From Antedon mediterranea (Eukaryota; Animalia; Echinodermata): a stretch of 64,000 nucleotides of DNA. Made by a program: the position numbers and the translations under genes. Where the stretch lies: NCBI RefSeq assembly GCF_964355755.1, contig NC_092675.1, positions 20,618,912 to 20,682,911 on the forward strand, written 5' to 3'. Shown here one piece after another: positions 38,001 to 50,900 of the stretch (positions are counted from its first letter, which is position 1; each line of letters opens with the position of its first letter). The notes under the pieces are model-generated. The model ran no database searches and was not told the origin of the DNA. It saw only the letters and a list, made by a program, of their open reading frames with translations.

Positions 38001-41000
38001 CTTGTCCACAGGAGATATGTACGAAATAGGAATGGAAAGTGGACGATATTATTCAGTCAATGTGCCATTAAAAGATGGTATTGATGATGCTATGTACTCA
38101 GACCTCTTTAAACCAGTCATACAGAGCGTAATGGAGTATTACAGACCAACCTGTATAGTTTTACAAGTAAGTTCTTTAAATAGTCAAATAAGCCTTGTTG
38201 TTATTATTCATATAACTACTACATCTAAAATCACAGTGCTAAAAAGTAGGGAAATGTTACAGTTACAACACACTTGTTCTTACTATTAATATTATGTTAT
38301 AACGGTATTCATATAAGTACTACATCTACTGTTATTTAAGAAATCACAGTGCAAAAAATAGTGAAATGTTACCACACTCTTGTCCTTACTAATCTGTACC
38401 TACAGTATTATGTATTGCTTTACCATTGATAGAAACAAAGCATTAAATGTTGATTGGTTGAATTTGTTTTATCAGACTTGATGGAACTCTCTCAATCTCT
38501 CACAGTGTTTAGAAATAAAGTTGTTGGCCAGTGAAAATATGATACACACATAAATAATATTTAGGCATGTCTTTAATGGTCTTTAATTATAACAAACATT
38601 GAAAAGTGGTACAGTCAACACTCCCAAATATGGGACACTTTTGGGATGGTCTAAATTTGCCTGGTTTTCCAGAAAGTTTGAGAATGTGTTTTTAATAGTA
38701 AAAGAGAATTTGGGAGCTTTTGGACCTCAAGAAAAGTCTGATTCTTGGAGAGTTCTATAGTTATTAGTTTGTTTTAGTTTATTTTTTACACACACACACA
38801 CATTTTATACTTTAAATTGCGTATTCATTAAAAGGTAATTGTATTGTATGCTATTTCAGTGTGGAGCAGATTCCCTTGGCTGTGATAGACTGGGCTGTTT
38901 CAATCTTAGTATCAAAGGACACGGAGACTGTGTCAATTACATCAAATCTTTTAACCTACCTCTACTAGTACTAGGCGGTGGCGGCTATACTGTCAAAAAC
39001 GTTGCAAGATGTTGGTAAGTATTCACAGGGTTTATGTTACAATTTTTGATTATTAATAAATTTACTTTATATGCATTCAACTTTATCATGATAGCCAATG
39101 CACTGTGTGGCTGCTGTGGGTCCATAAAAAAACTAATTTAAATCCTTAGTTTAGTGTGAAATAAGTAATTCTTATAGCTTTATATTTTCATGTTGTTTTG
39201 CTTTTCATTAATTTAATTCATAATCCCTTTTTTTAGGACATATGAAACTGCTTTACTGCTAGATGAAGAAATTAACAATGAACTTCCGTACAATGGTAAG
39301 AAGTAATTAGAGGTTTGGGGGATTAATTACTAGAGAGCTTTTGATATGCAACAACTGACAAACCAAACTATGCCATTTCATTGTATGCATACAGGGATAT
39401 TGAGTTTCCGTGCTCCCCATTTCAACACAGTTTTGATTGTTTCTAGGTCCAGACGACATCGATTGACCTGACCTTGGTACATTGTCGGTCATCGCAAATC
39501 AAAAGTACCCTATTAATAGGTGTTGAGCTGAATAACACTTTTTTTTTTCAATAGTTATTCGAAATATTTTCAAAACACTTTTTAGTTTGCTCATTTGAAA
39601 TAACTTCTTATATGTTATTGTTTTTATAGATTACTTTGAGTATTTTGGGAACGATTTTACACTACATCCTGACACAACTACACGGATAGAAAACAGCAAT
39701 TCTAGAGCAGTAAGTTACTTGCTTGTTTAATTCTTTAATGCATATGTTACATGTTTTTATCTTTTAAACATTTATTTAATTTCCATCCAACAGTGTATAA
39801 CAGCCATTAAAAAATACCATTTTATTAGTCAAAATTCTTGTTTTAAATAAAATGCATACAGAAAACATACATATATCTATTATTTGTTTGTGTATATAAA
39901 GCCTAGGACAGTAGATTCTCTATTAAGGGACACCTTCAGGATTCAGAATAGTGTCCCCTTAATAGGATTTTCTCTTGAATAATATAGTGTTAAAAAATAT
40001 ATTTCTCCTTGTTTGTTTCACAGAGAAGTGTCCCCTTAATAGGAGTGTTCCCTCAATAATGTATTGTAAAAACATATATTTCTCCTTGTTTCACAGAGAA
40101 GTGTCCCCTTAATAGGAGTGTTCCCTCAATAATGTATTGTAAAAACATATATTTCTCCTTGTTTGTTTCACAGAGAAGTGTCCCCTTAATAGGAGTGTTC
40201 CCTCAATAATGTATTGTAAAAACATATATTTCTCCTTGTTTGTTTCACAGAGAAGTGTCCCCTTAATAGGATTGTTCCCTCAATAATGTATTGTAAAAAC
40301 ATATATTTCTCCTTGTTTGTTTCACAGGGAAGTGTCCCCTTAATAGGAGTGTTCTACTACATACCTCTATTATTTGTATTTGTATTGAATTGAATTGAAA
40401 TTTATTTTTATACTTGGTAACCTCTTCAGTCAAAGACTGGTCTCCCAGAGGGCCCAGTTGGTGATCAGTGGGTGTGATGTACTAATACACCGGGGTAACC
40501 CCCTACTCGTCTCGAAAGATTTACTAGGTTCTTTAAAGTGCACACGAGCTAGATGTGTACACTGGACCTACGGTTTATAGTCCTTATCCGAGAAGACTCG
40601 TTCTACCACCAGAACCATGGAGTGAGTGAGTGAGCCTCGAACCCCTGCCGATGTTATGGCTACGTAATTACGGTTCCACTGTCTTAACCGCTCGGCCACT
40701 CACTCACTTTTTTTGTGTGCTTCCTTGCACGGTAAGGCCCTCTCACAGCCTTGGGTCACGACATGAGATGCTTTGATGTTATCGCCTCATAATGCCGTGT
40801 ATTAAAACCTAGATTAACTACTTCTTACTGTACAATAAGTGCAGAGCCAGAAATAACAACAATTAACACTGTATTTAATCAGGTTACCATAAAAATGTTT
40901 TCAGTACATAGATCAAGTAAGGCAATCTGTTCAAGATAATCTAAAATGTTTACAACATGCACCAAGTGTACAAATGCAACATGTACCAGATAGTTTACTA

Positions 41001-42131
41001 AGCTTAGAAAATACAGAAGAACCTGACCCAGACTCGAGAAACGACCAAACAGAACAAGATAACAGGTATTACTCTATTTATAAAGCTCTGTCTACACTTT
41101 AAAACTTGTATGTTAAAAAATGTGATGTGCCTATATATGGACATGGAGGAAATATACGGTATATATATATTTCCTCCATGATATGGACATGATGTCATAT
41201 CGCTACCACATTTTAAACCTTAAGCTTCCAGTGGGGTACCCCTTTTCTCATTTATTATGTATTATTTTAGAAAGTGTTTTCTGCACTTTTGTTTTATTTG
41301 AGAAATAAAATATTATTGATTGATTGATACTTAAGCATATCACTACTATATATATATCACACATACTTTTTTTGTCAAACTAGTTTGATAGTGTAGACAA
41401 AGCTTTACACAAACATTTCAATCTTCTATCAACTAAAGCTAAAGTATGTCATGTTTCTATAGTCACTGCCAGATAGACTTTCTTTATCAGTGCTTCTATG
41501 AATGGATGCCTAGTTGCAAGCAGGAATGCTAGTAGATCAAACCCAGTACTGATTTGATTTCACAATCAATTTCCTCATGACATAAACTTGTGGCAGAGAT
41601 GTGTGATAAATACAAGTTTGTTTGTAAATGTTTGAGTTCTTTCGAGTTTGGACATTTTTACTCTTTGCCCTCTAACCTTTGAACCTTATGCTTTGTCCTG
41701 TTGCTGCTTTACATAAATATTTTGCTTAAATTTCTTGCCATGAAAAATAATTATGTAGTCTTGTTGAAAACCTGTGAGATATTTCACTTAATTTAATGAA
41801 TATTCAAGTGTTTCCCTGAAATTGTATGCACTTTAGATTTAGAGATTTTTCTTAATTTTAAGGGTAAGTGTTTCTCTTAGCCTAAGTGTGAATGGTGAAT
41901 ACGGTCACTGCTACTTAACTGGGCAAAATCTATGCTAAAAATAGTGATTTTATTTGTGCTTTTATAGGGTCGATTTCAAGATGTTCACTAAATATTTTTG
42001 ATTTGTATATATGTGTGATTTGTTATTAATTTGTATAATAATTTACATTTTCTCACAGAATTGAACCTGCAAATGAACTGTTTGATGGTGAAAAAGACCA
42101 AGACAAAGAAGATGGAGTTTTAGATGTATGA
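35029..42131 (+). CDS. HDAC3: Histone deacetylase 3 (class I), 11 coding exons, 431 aa
   Basis: Exons 35029-35086, 35867-35949, 36163-36387, 36815-36927, 37558-37691, 38012-38166, 38860-39014, 39237-39295, 39630-39709, 40905-41065, 42059-42131 (1296 nt, phase-consistent). Motifs: [99 protein letters not shown]. Confidence 0.96.
37205..37395. repeat. 16-bp minisatellite (ACACACAGCCACTGTC)n in HDAC3 intron 4
   Basis: About 11 tandem copies visible directly. Confidence 0.85.
37709..37872. mobile_element. MITE family B copy in HDAC3 intron 5
   Basis: GGCTCTGTCTACACTATCAAAC ... GTTTGATAGTGTAGACAGAGCT. Confidence 0.7.
39909..40358. repeat. MITE family A copy with an internal 77-bp segment amplified in tandem about 5 times
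   Basis: CAGTAGATTCTCTATTAAGGGACACC start and GTGTTCTACT end; GTGTCCCCTTAATAGG recurs at 39951, 40028, 40101, 40178, 40255 and 40332. Confidence 0.8.
40380..40708 (-). mobile_element. Full-length tRNA-derived SINE (Deu/Nin-like core)
   Basis: Minus strand: A-box TGGCCGAGCGG, B-box GGTTCGAGGC, core GGATAAGGACTATAAACCGTAGGTCC, 3' AATAAA and a (TTCAA)n tail. Confidence 0.75.
41084..41404. mobile_element. MITE family B copy interrupted by insertions
   Basis: Both termini present (AGCTCTGTCTACACT; TGATAGTGTAGACAAAGCT), with an internal palindrome (CATGGAGGAAATATA...TATATTTCCTCCATG) and an AATAAA/(TTGA)n-tailed insert. Confidence 0.55.
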
Positions 42132-42357
42132 TGGTAATTTATACAAGACCAAACTAATGATTTCCAATTAGAATGCACAAATTGTGACATAGGATTAACA
42201 ACTGGCATAATAGTATGACATGGAACGAATCCCTTCATGTTTATGGTAGAATGGTATGGCTTCCAGGGTTGAAGGTTCAATTCTTGGTTTGGTTAAACCA
42301 TTTATGATTTGCACTAGCTTAAAATTCATCAGATTGTGTGCTTCAATACAACAGTAA

Positions 42358-42946
42358 AGCTCCAGTCCCACGATATCGGGTTTTTTCTTCCGTCTTCCAA
42401 AGGGACACTGTATTGATTGATGGAAAGTGCCTGTTTCCAGTCACCTTTAGGGTCAAATCTATTATTTTAACTGCTCCCTTGTGTATAAAAGAACAGCCAC
42501 AGGACAATTAACATTCTTGGTTTGGTGACCAGTGAATACACTTGCTTTTAGCACAGTTCAGATAAAATCAGAATGGCAAAATTAAAATTGTCTACAGAAC
42601 TAATTGATTATTATCGGGAAGAAGAAGTGTTATGGAATATTTTGATGCCAGAATATAAGGACAGAGATAAACGAAAAGCGGCGTTAAATAAGAATAAGTG
42701 TTGCCTAGAAAAAAGAAATATATAAGAAAGATACATTTATATGCTTTTTGTTTCTGAATATACCTACAGTATACAAAGATTGTCCCTAAATTGCAAGCTT
42801 ATAGACATTCTATTCAAAAAGTAGGTCATTAGTGACCAAGTAAAGAAATAACTGTGGGATCGCAACACTCTTCTCCTGACATCATATCAATCAATACAAG
42901 TCCCTTTGGAAGAATGAAGAACAAACCCGATGGTGGGACTGCAGCT
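42358..42946 (+). mobile_element. Non-autonomous PIF/Harbinger element with MADF-domain remnant, just downstream of the HDAC3 stop
   Basis: TAA TSD (42355-57, 42947-49) and ~60-bp TIRs (AGCT(C/G)CAGTCCCAC...TCGGGTTT...CTTCCAAAGGGAC...GTATTGATTGAT). A 50-codon ORF at 42573-42725 reads MAKLKLSTELIDYYREEEVLWNILMPEYKDRDKRKAAL, resembling a MADF N-terminus. Confidence 0.75.
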
Positions 42947-43063
42947 TAAGGCAATGCAATGTAAAGCATTGGATAAAGTTAATTGTCTATTAGTCACATA
43001 CCTTTTTTGCTTATTTCCACTGTATATGTACTACAATAGCTACTTCAGTTCATTCATGCCTTA

Positions 43064-43199
43064 AGCTCTGTCTATACTATCAAACTTTATGTGACAAAAA
43101 TATGTGATGTGCCCATATATGGACATGATGATGTCATATCACTGCTATAGTTGGGCACATCACACTTTTTTAGTCTAGTTTGATAGTTTAGACAGAGCT
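43064..43199. mobile_element. MITE family B copy
   Basis: AGCTCTGTCTATACTATCAAAC ... GTTTGATAGTTTAGACAGAGCT. Confidence 0.7.
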
Positions 43200-45384
43200 T
43201 AAATTAAAGAGATACATTTTTACAAATTTCGTCAAATGTCAATTGTTTTCACATTTGAAAATTGTCACTCTTCACAGCTTTAATCTTGTTTTTTGTTTGT
43301 TTATCTTCAGTATTAAGTTTGATATTTGTTAAGTCATAGCAGTACTGTAGTTGGCTAGTGGTTGAGGTTGCAGTTTATGTATATTTGAGGGTTATATGTC
43401 AAGACAGTTTAAGGTGGCAATAAGCCATTTATTAAATATGAATGAATATTTTTTTTTACAGACATACCTTTTTACATTGTTTATTATTAAATGTTAATTA
43501 TTAAGTTTCTTTGAGTAAATATGATATAAAAAACAGTAAATGTGTTACTTAATTAGGATTTTTGATGAAATATTTTTTGTGTTTTGGATCAGTTAATTTT
43601 TTCGAATGAATTTATTTCAAAAAACAGTAAATTAAAGTTATGAGTTAGAATCTTTAAAAATGAAATAGTATAATTTGATAATAGTAGTTTCCATTTTGTA
43701 TTTCTTTCACATTTTGAAATTGTAAGATTAATATATATTTAGAAAGAAAATGTATAAAATATGGCCAAATTGTTTCTAGTTACTGAACTTAAAATGCAAG
43801 CATGTGCTCCTACCAGACCACATGCTTGCATATATATGCAAATGTGCATAAATATGCAAATGTGCATAACATAACAATTGTTCACCTGTGTTTTTGTTTT
43901 TATATTTCCTAGCTTTTCAACATTTTTGTATTTTAATAATTTGGCCATGAGACTGTACCAACCTCTTCACTTCGGTTCTACACTATTAAACTTTTGTGAC
44001 AAAAAATGTGATGTGCCCATATATGGACACAATGACGTCATATCGTACCATATTTGGGCACATCACATCGTGTAGTGTAGACAGAGCTTAAGAATATGCA
44101 AACTCGTTGAAACCCAAGGAGTGGGTGACTAATACTGAAATATGTATATATGCTATTGACACGTGTTTACCATTATTTATTATGTAAGGACTCTGAGATG
44201 CAAGTTTGCTGCTTATTGAATCTAGTTAAGAATAGATGTAAAATTATTTGTATTTTTTTCTGATAATTAGTTTAGTATTGTCAATATTCTTATTAATTTA
44301 GACCCAAGGTTTAATGTAAGTCGATTATAAATCTTTTGTATATAATATGTAATAAAATACCGTTCCTGTATTTATTGTTGATCGATTGTGTAATTTTTAA
44401 CCGAACGCGACGAGTGGACGCGTTTAACGTCCGTCACTGAACAAGAGCTCGTTATTTGCACGATTCAATTGTGCTGCGTGGAATGTGTGTTACGTTTAAG
44501 GCAAAGTGTTATTAATCCTTGGTTGAAAGAAAGGAGTGACGTGTATTGTTATATTGTAGTAGCGAGTCTTTTCGGGAAGGGTACTTGACTGCGACGAGTT
44601 GAACGCGTATTACGTCAACAACCGTCGCTGAACAAAAGCTCGCTATTAGCACAACTGGTCTGCGATTATTGAGGATGGGTGCTTTTGAGATATGAACCAA
44701 TAGATAGAGATTAATCAGTAAAATTCTCCAAAGCACTGCCAGAATGCTATATGCCGCAAGAAACTTACAAAGGCAGCATTCATTAGTTTCAATAATTTTG
44801 ATTCCGAACGTTTCAAAATCAAGTGTTAACGCACATTGAAACTTTCGTCAAATAGGCCTATCTTTAACCAGGGAATAGAACTCTCTGCTTTAACTGTTAA
44901 GATTAAAAACTTTGCACCTCAAGATTATAATAATCTAAAACGCATAGTTATTTGGAAAAAAATAATGCACAATAATTTCTCGTCCTGCTGACATTCATCA
45001 TTATAATGGAGTAACTAAAATGAGTATTCACTCAATCGAGTCGGTTCCTTTCGAACTGGTCTGCATCACATTAAATATACAGACCAATGCACAGACCGGT
45101 CTGGTCCCCACAGTGATGTCCCCATAAGATACACAATCTACAACATATGCACTAGGATTGTCCTTATTGTGAACAATTTAGCGTTAAGCATCATTGTTTG
45201 CGCTTTTACCACATATTTTGTATGCAAATAATATTATGAATGATCAATCGTAAATTCCACCACCAATTGCTATTTGCATATACACACAAGAAGATGCAGG
45301 TGCCGTGTGCGTCTTTCAGTTACCTGATTGTACTGAAATTTTGAAGGCGTTGTACATAATCGTTAAGCCCCGAAATCAAATATA

Positions 45385-47372
45385 ATGGAATATTTTGTTA
45401 ATAGTAGGCCATTATTAATTCCTAGCTATCATAGTTACCTGAATCTGTCGTCTGCAAGATCAGCTACTAGTGCGACGATTCGTGGTGATAATCTGAGTAG
45501 TGTTTTACCGGTGTCGAATGTGCATCGCCTAACTGGCAATCGTGTCGACGTATATCAATACATTAGTTGTTCACCAGAGAACGTAATTCTTAGGTAAGTG
45601 TGATCATTTATAATTCATTCATTAAAAAATAATTAAGTTACCATATAGCACACGTCCTACAGTAATTTGGAAGACGATGGACCAGTGTTCCAAGTATTAT
45701 ATTTGACGGTACCATACATCGTCATCAACATAATCGTCACTAAAGTATCACCATCATATTGTCATCGCAAACACCTCCACAATCACTCACACCATGCCAC
45801 CGCTGCCGCATCACCATTATCATTATATTCATATATTTTATAGCAAGTTAGTGTACTACATATAGAATAAACCGCCTATTAGAGAAACCCAATAAAAGTA
45901 TATCCCTTGATATGAGTGTCCAATGTTAAAACATTTATTTCCCTTCGTTTGTTTAATGGTATCATGTCCTCTGAATAGAGGGATGTCCCAAATAAAGAGT
46001 TGTGTTTATTTTTGCTACGTAGGCTAATTTTATTTATCTCTTCCAGGAGCTGGCTGCACTTGCGGTCGTATGCGGCTAACATCTTAAACCATCCACAACA
46101 TATCCGCCCATTCGTTCCTCCTTTCGACAACACATTCGGCACATATGCGTTTAGCCAACCTATAAGTATTTATAGTAATATTAATAGCAATAGTACGTCG
46201 TCGTTCCAAGTTTATTCAAATGATTCACCATCAAGTAATGAAGGAAGTGGATGGATCTGTGATGATCCTAATAATACAAATTTAGGCATTTTAGAGGATA
46301 ATAATCGTGCCAATGAAAGCCGTACCGCTGGCAGACGAAAACCAAGACGGCCTCAGAAAAGCGCGGTAAAAGGTGATCCGACATTCCGAGGTGTGGCATT
46401 TTACCTAGAGCTGCGCCAGGGAAGAATACGTTTACGTACTTATAGTGGGTACGTACGTATTTGTATAAATGATTTAAAAGTTTATCAGTTATAGGTATAG
46501 CCTATCACTTCCCAACCCAAACCGGCCAATTGGCATCATTTGTTATTTCAAAAGACTAACCGGGGGCTTAAATGAGAAAAGAAATTGAGAAATTATTACT
46601 GTGTAGGCCTAAATATTTATTTTAATTATGAGTATTAATTAATATGTGCTCACAACAGATTAATAAGGCGGAAATACAAGTCGTATCAGCAACACAAAGT
46701 CAAAGAATTGAATTCATCGGCAGACAGTATCTCTGAACTTGAAATAATTCCCTCTAAAAGGACTCCAAAGAAATCATACACTCACAATGAAATAGGTAAA
46801 TGTATTTATATTCTGGAAACCTTGACATAACTAGCCTAAACATAATTATGAGCCAATGTTTAAATTTGTAATCAATCGTATTTTTGTTACCTCCGTTTTA
46901 GGAAAGATATGTTCTTCGTGCGGTACCAAAAAGACGCCTCTATGGCGTGATGCTGAAGATGGTACTCCGCTATGCAATGCCTGTGGCATAAGGTAGTCTT
47001 TAAACTATTAAACTTAGGCCTAATCAAAAATACAATACAAATAAACGAAAAAGTACGAACACAATTAACTTGTTGGCAAAGCAAATTGTCAGCTATCAAA
47101 CAAATAGGCCCTATCGGTTTAACAAAGCCCCCAGCTTCTCCATATTCCGATTGCTTGTATATTGTAGGCCTAATTATAAATGTGTTTATTATGTGTCTGT
47201 CTTCGTTATTTATAGATACAAAAAGTATCGAATTCGATGCGTAAGTTGTTGGTTCATACCACGAAAGGAGGGTAAAGCTAACACCAAATGCCATCGATGT
47301 GGAGATCCACTCAGAGTAGCTCTAACAAAAAGAAGATATGCAGGACAACAGCCTTCCACAGTGCATGTTTAA
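45385..47372 (+). CDS. ZGLP1: GATA-type zinc finger protein 1 (ZGLP1/GLP-1)-like transcription factor, 5 exons, ~331 aa
   Basis: Exons 45385-45593, 46047-46448, 46659-46795, 46902-46992, 47216-47372, phase-consistent. The finger CSSCGTKKTPLWRDAEDGTPLCNACGIRYKKYRIRCVSCWFIPRK...CHRCG matches the ZGLP1-type TPLWRDAEDGTPLCNACGIRYKKY plus a second C4 motif. The upstream RRKPRRP...DPTFRGV motif is also ZGLP1-like. The start exon is less certain. Confidence 0.85.
46902..46992 (+). CDS. ZGLP1: ZGLP1 exon 4: GATA C4 zinc finger (too short for the ORF track)
   Basis: tttag|GA AAG ATA TGT TCT TCG TGC ... TGC AAT GCC TGT GGC ATA AG|gtagtc; C-x2-C-x17-C-x2-C. Confidence 0.9.
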
Positions 47373-47966
47373 GTATGGCTAGGACTACAAGTGTAAGAAA
47401 AAGTACTACATTACTAAAGATACAGTTACTAAGAATAACCAGTGAAAGAATTTAAGTTATAGTTAGTTTCCGTCATAAACGGATAAGTCTTATATAGATA
47501 GATTTTAACAACCAAAATGTGTTTGATGATATCTATTTGTTTTTTGTATTGTAATGTTGTTAGAGGCCGCAATTGCAATTGTTCACAATTTTGTTATAGG
47601 TAAATTATTTGGAAATTTTACGTAGAATTATATTGGTTTGGTATATTGGTGGTGCTTACTTGTATTTGTAATGTTGACATTTTTAGATGTTTCTGAATAA
47701 TAAAGAATTACAAAAACGATCAACGTTCTTTCATTTGTGATTCAGTTACTGCTTCACTCTTAAATTAACTTTAACATTAGTCAACATTAGTTAGCAATAG
47801 AATCTGAATATTGATGTCATACTTGTTTGTCGGTGGTAAGAAAAATACGTTTTAAAAAAGAATATAATTATTCCTTTATTATTGCATTGTTGCAACCGAA
47901 GAAACTTTTTAACATTAACAGAGGGCGTCCTTTAAGTGTAGCCATTCCCAGAATGCATCAGTCATA

Positions 47967-50900
47967 ATGTCAGCTTCCATGTCGCAGTTGGTGTTTCGCT
48001 TAGAAACGGTGAAATTCCGTCAAAAAAAGCTAATTTGGAAGCATTTTGAAACACTGGGAGATGGATTGAATAACAGAGATTCATATGAACCGTCTGCTCG
48101 AACTATTAGCAGTGGTGATATTTCGTGCATTCCAATCATCATAGAATTTCGACGGTTGCTAGGCCTAGTTTCGTCGACGTCGTCTAACAAAAGTGCGATT
48201 CCCGGGGTAAGTGTGGGGCTTTGGGCATACAGTAGTTGGCCTAGTCAAGGCCTAGATATAAAACTACTCCCACATCATGAGTATAACTATAAGCTTAATA
48301 GCCCTGGCCTAGTATTTTAAAATATAGGCCTAGCTGGTACATCTTGTGTTACTGTCTGATTTATATTATTCAAGGTTTGCAATAAGGAGCTTCTTCATGC
48401 TGTTGTTGGTCTGTACGATGTATGCCTACCAGATATAACACCTGAAGTACTTTATAATACAGTGTGTGGCAAATATGCTAAGACTATTATTCTAGTTCGC
48501 GAAAATTCAGGTTGGTTGCATTTTAAGTTTGATTACAAAAATAATATGAATATTTTAAATTTGTGTCACAGGGTTAAACATTTTTCACTTTCAGTTTAAA
48601 AAAAATAATGGGATTATTATTTAATGACGATATTAAACTACTAGGCCTAGTGTTCTTTTCTTGCAGAATTACTAAATGACTTGACAGAAAGAACGAAAAG
48701 AAGATGTAAACAAGAGCCTACAGACACCAAAGGCCAGGCCAATGACTTAAATACTGACTTTAAATCTTCTGATCCAACCTGTACATCAAATGACAAAGAA
48801 TATACCCCAGAGGATGGGATGCTTGGCGATGAACCTGTTTTAAAGCCAGAATTTGAAGGGGAAGATAGTTTAGATGTTGAGGAGAGACCAGGAACCTTTG
48901 ATGATGTGTTTAGTGACACAGATGAGGAGGAAGATGAAGAAGATTCTAGTTCCAGGTACAGATCCTTTAATTGTAATAATGGATGAGGGAGAATTATCTA
49001 GTAAATATTTCTATGAACCACAAATGATAACTTTTGTTATTTGACATCTGTTTCTACTGCTGTACCTTACCCATACTCCAGTTTGGGTGCTACAGTAGCT
49101 TGGTGTTTTTGCCTTTTTGTTCTCTTTCTTTTGGTTTCCCCTCTTTTCTCTTTATTGTTGAGCGCATAGAGTCATCGTTTATTTGCGCTATATAAATCTA
49201 TCTATTATTATTATTATCATATGATTAAATTATATATAACTATATGAATCTTAGTTACAACAGGTGTTTATACTTGAGATAAATTTTAGCAGTCTATTCC
49301 ATAAAGGTATTTTTTGTTGAAAAATGTAAGATTTATAATTGAAAAATTATATTTTTGGATTTGAAATTAGTGAAGATGAAGACTATTCGACAGGACTTAA
49401 GACATTTCTAAAGTTAGTGCATGAACGTCGAGAGAAGCGACAGAAAGCTTGTAGAAAGGGAGAAGCAATTGCAAAAGATTCTGTTGGAATTGAATCAAAA
49501 ATTGTAGCATGTGCTACCTGGAAGAAATCACATATGTAAGTACAATATATATTTTACCAAATAGTGCCTTACCACATTGAAACACTGATTCCTGTCAGGT
49601 CACTGAAGCAACATGTAGAATGCATTGGTTTTGTACTAAGAAATACACTCTCATTTCCTCGTCCTTTGGATGGTTTGATAAGTTGGTCTTCTGAATGAAA
49701 AGAGAATGTTTAATTATAGAGCATCAACCTTATGGAATAATCTTCCTGTACATATCCGTAAAAAATATGAGACATTTAGTCAAGTTGAAATTAAAAATCT
49801 TGTATAACTTCTATTGTACATAGTTTTATAGCTTTTATTTTTCTTGTATTTTTCCAAATCTGGACCTCTTAAAGATGTATTGTCCCTTTGACTAATTCCA
49901 AAAAAATAAATAATAAAAGATTTCGAAAAAAAGTGGGTTATTTTGAAGTATCATAATAGTTATTAACTTTCACCAAAAATTAGTCGAAAAAAAAATCATT
50001 TAATTGAAATACAGACGTTTTTTTGTTCAAAAAATAACTTTGACTTCCAGTCAAAGTTTTTGATAAAAACATATCTCATAATGCATTGCTCTTGTTTGGC
50101 TACTCTGTATGCATAATCATAAAACTTCCTCGCGATCTGTGTGAAAACACCTTCTCAACCGTGACGAGTTGTAAACAATCCTAATTAGCATCATGCATAA
50201 TGCATACTCATGGTTTGAAATCTTTGTTTACTTTCGCTCGCGACGATTTTCCAGACGAAATGTAATCAAATTAATTTACCTAGGCTGTTTATTACGTAAA
50301 CTTGTTGTTTTTGGCTCAAATTTTCGACTTAAAGTGAACAACTTTAATATTACTTTGATATGGCCGATTTAAATTTAGAATATTTTGACCTTCATTTTTT
50401 GTGTTTCAAGGAACAATACATCTTTAAGAGACCAGTACTTGTGTATTGAAAGAGCTATTCCAGAATAAAGATTTGTATTGTATTGTAAAAGTAACAGAAA
50501 AATCATCATATAATTATTTACATTTCAGTTGTCCCGGCGAGAAGATCATTCAGATTTGCTTAATGGGTGTTAGAAAGAAATGTCGAAAATGTGGCATTGG
50601 AAAATATCTAATTAAGGTAAATTAATCTTGATTAGCTTAGTTTGATATAGCATGTTTGATTCAATTCATGAATGTTTTGGTTTAATTTATGGCAGTAGTT
50701 TTTATTTTCATTCAAACACTATATTCACACATTCTTGTCCTTGGGGAACACATTCTTGACCCAGGGAAACACATGCTTGACCCTGGGAAACATATGCTAC
50801 ACCCAGAGGAGCACATGCTTGACCCAGGGGAGCACATGATTGACCCAGGGGAGCACATGCTTAACCCAGGGGAGCACATGCTTGACCCAGGGAAACACAT

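Noticed and set aside
35029-42131. HDAC1/2 (Rpd3) assignment
   Set aside because: [41 protein letters not shown] and the short C-terminus are HDAC3-type.
44400-44660. Hammerhead ribozyme or U3/C-D snoRNA
   Set aside because: Lacks the CUGANGA...GAAA core and clear C/D boxes; kept only as an unassigned structured duplicate.
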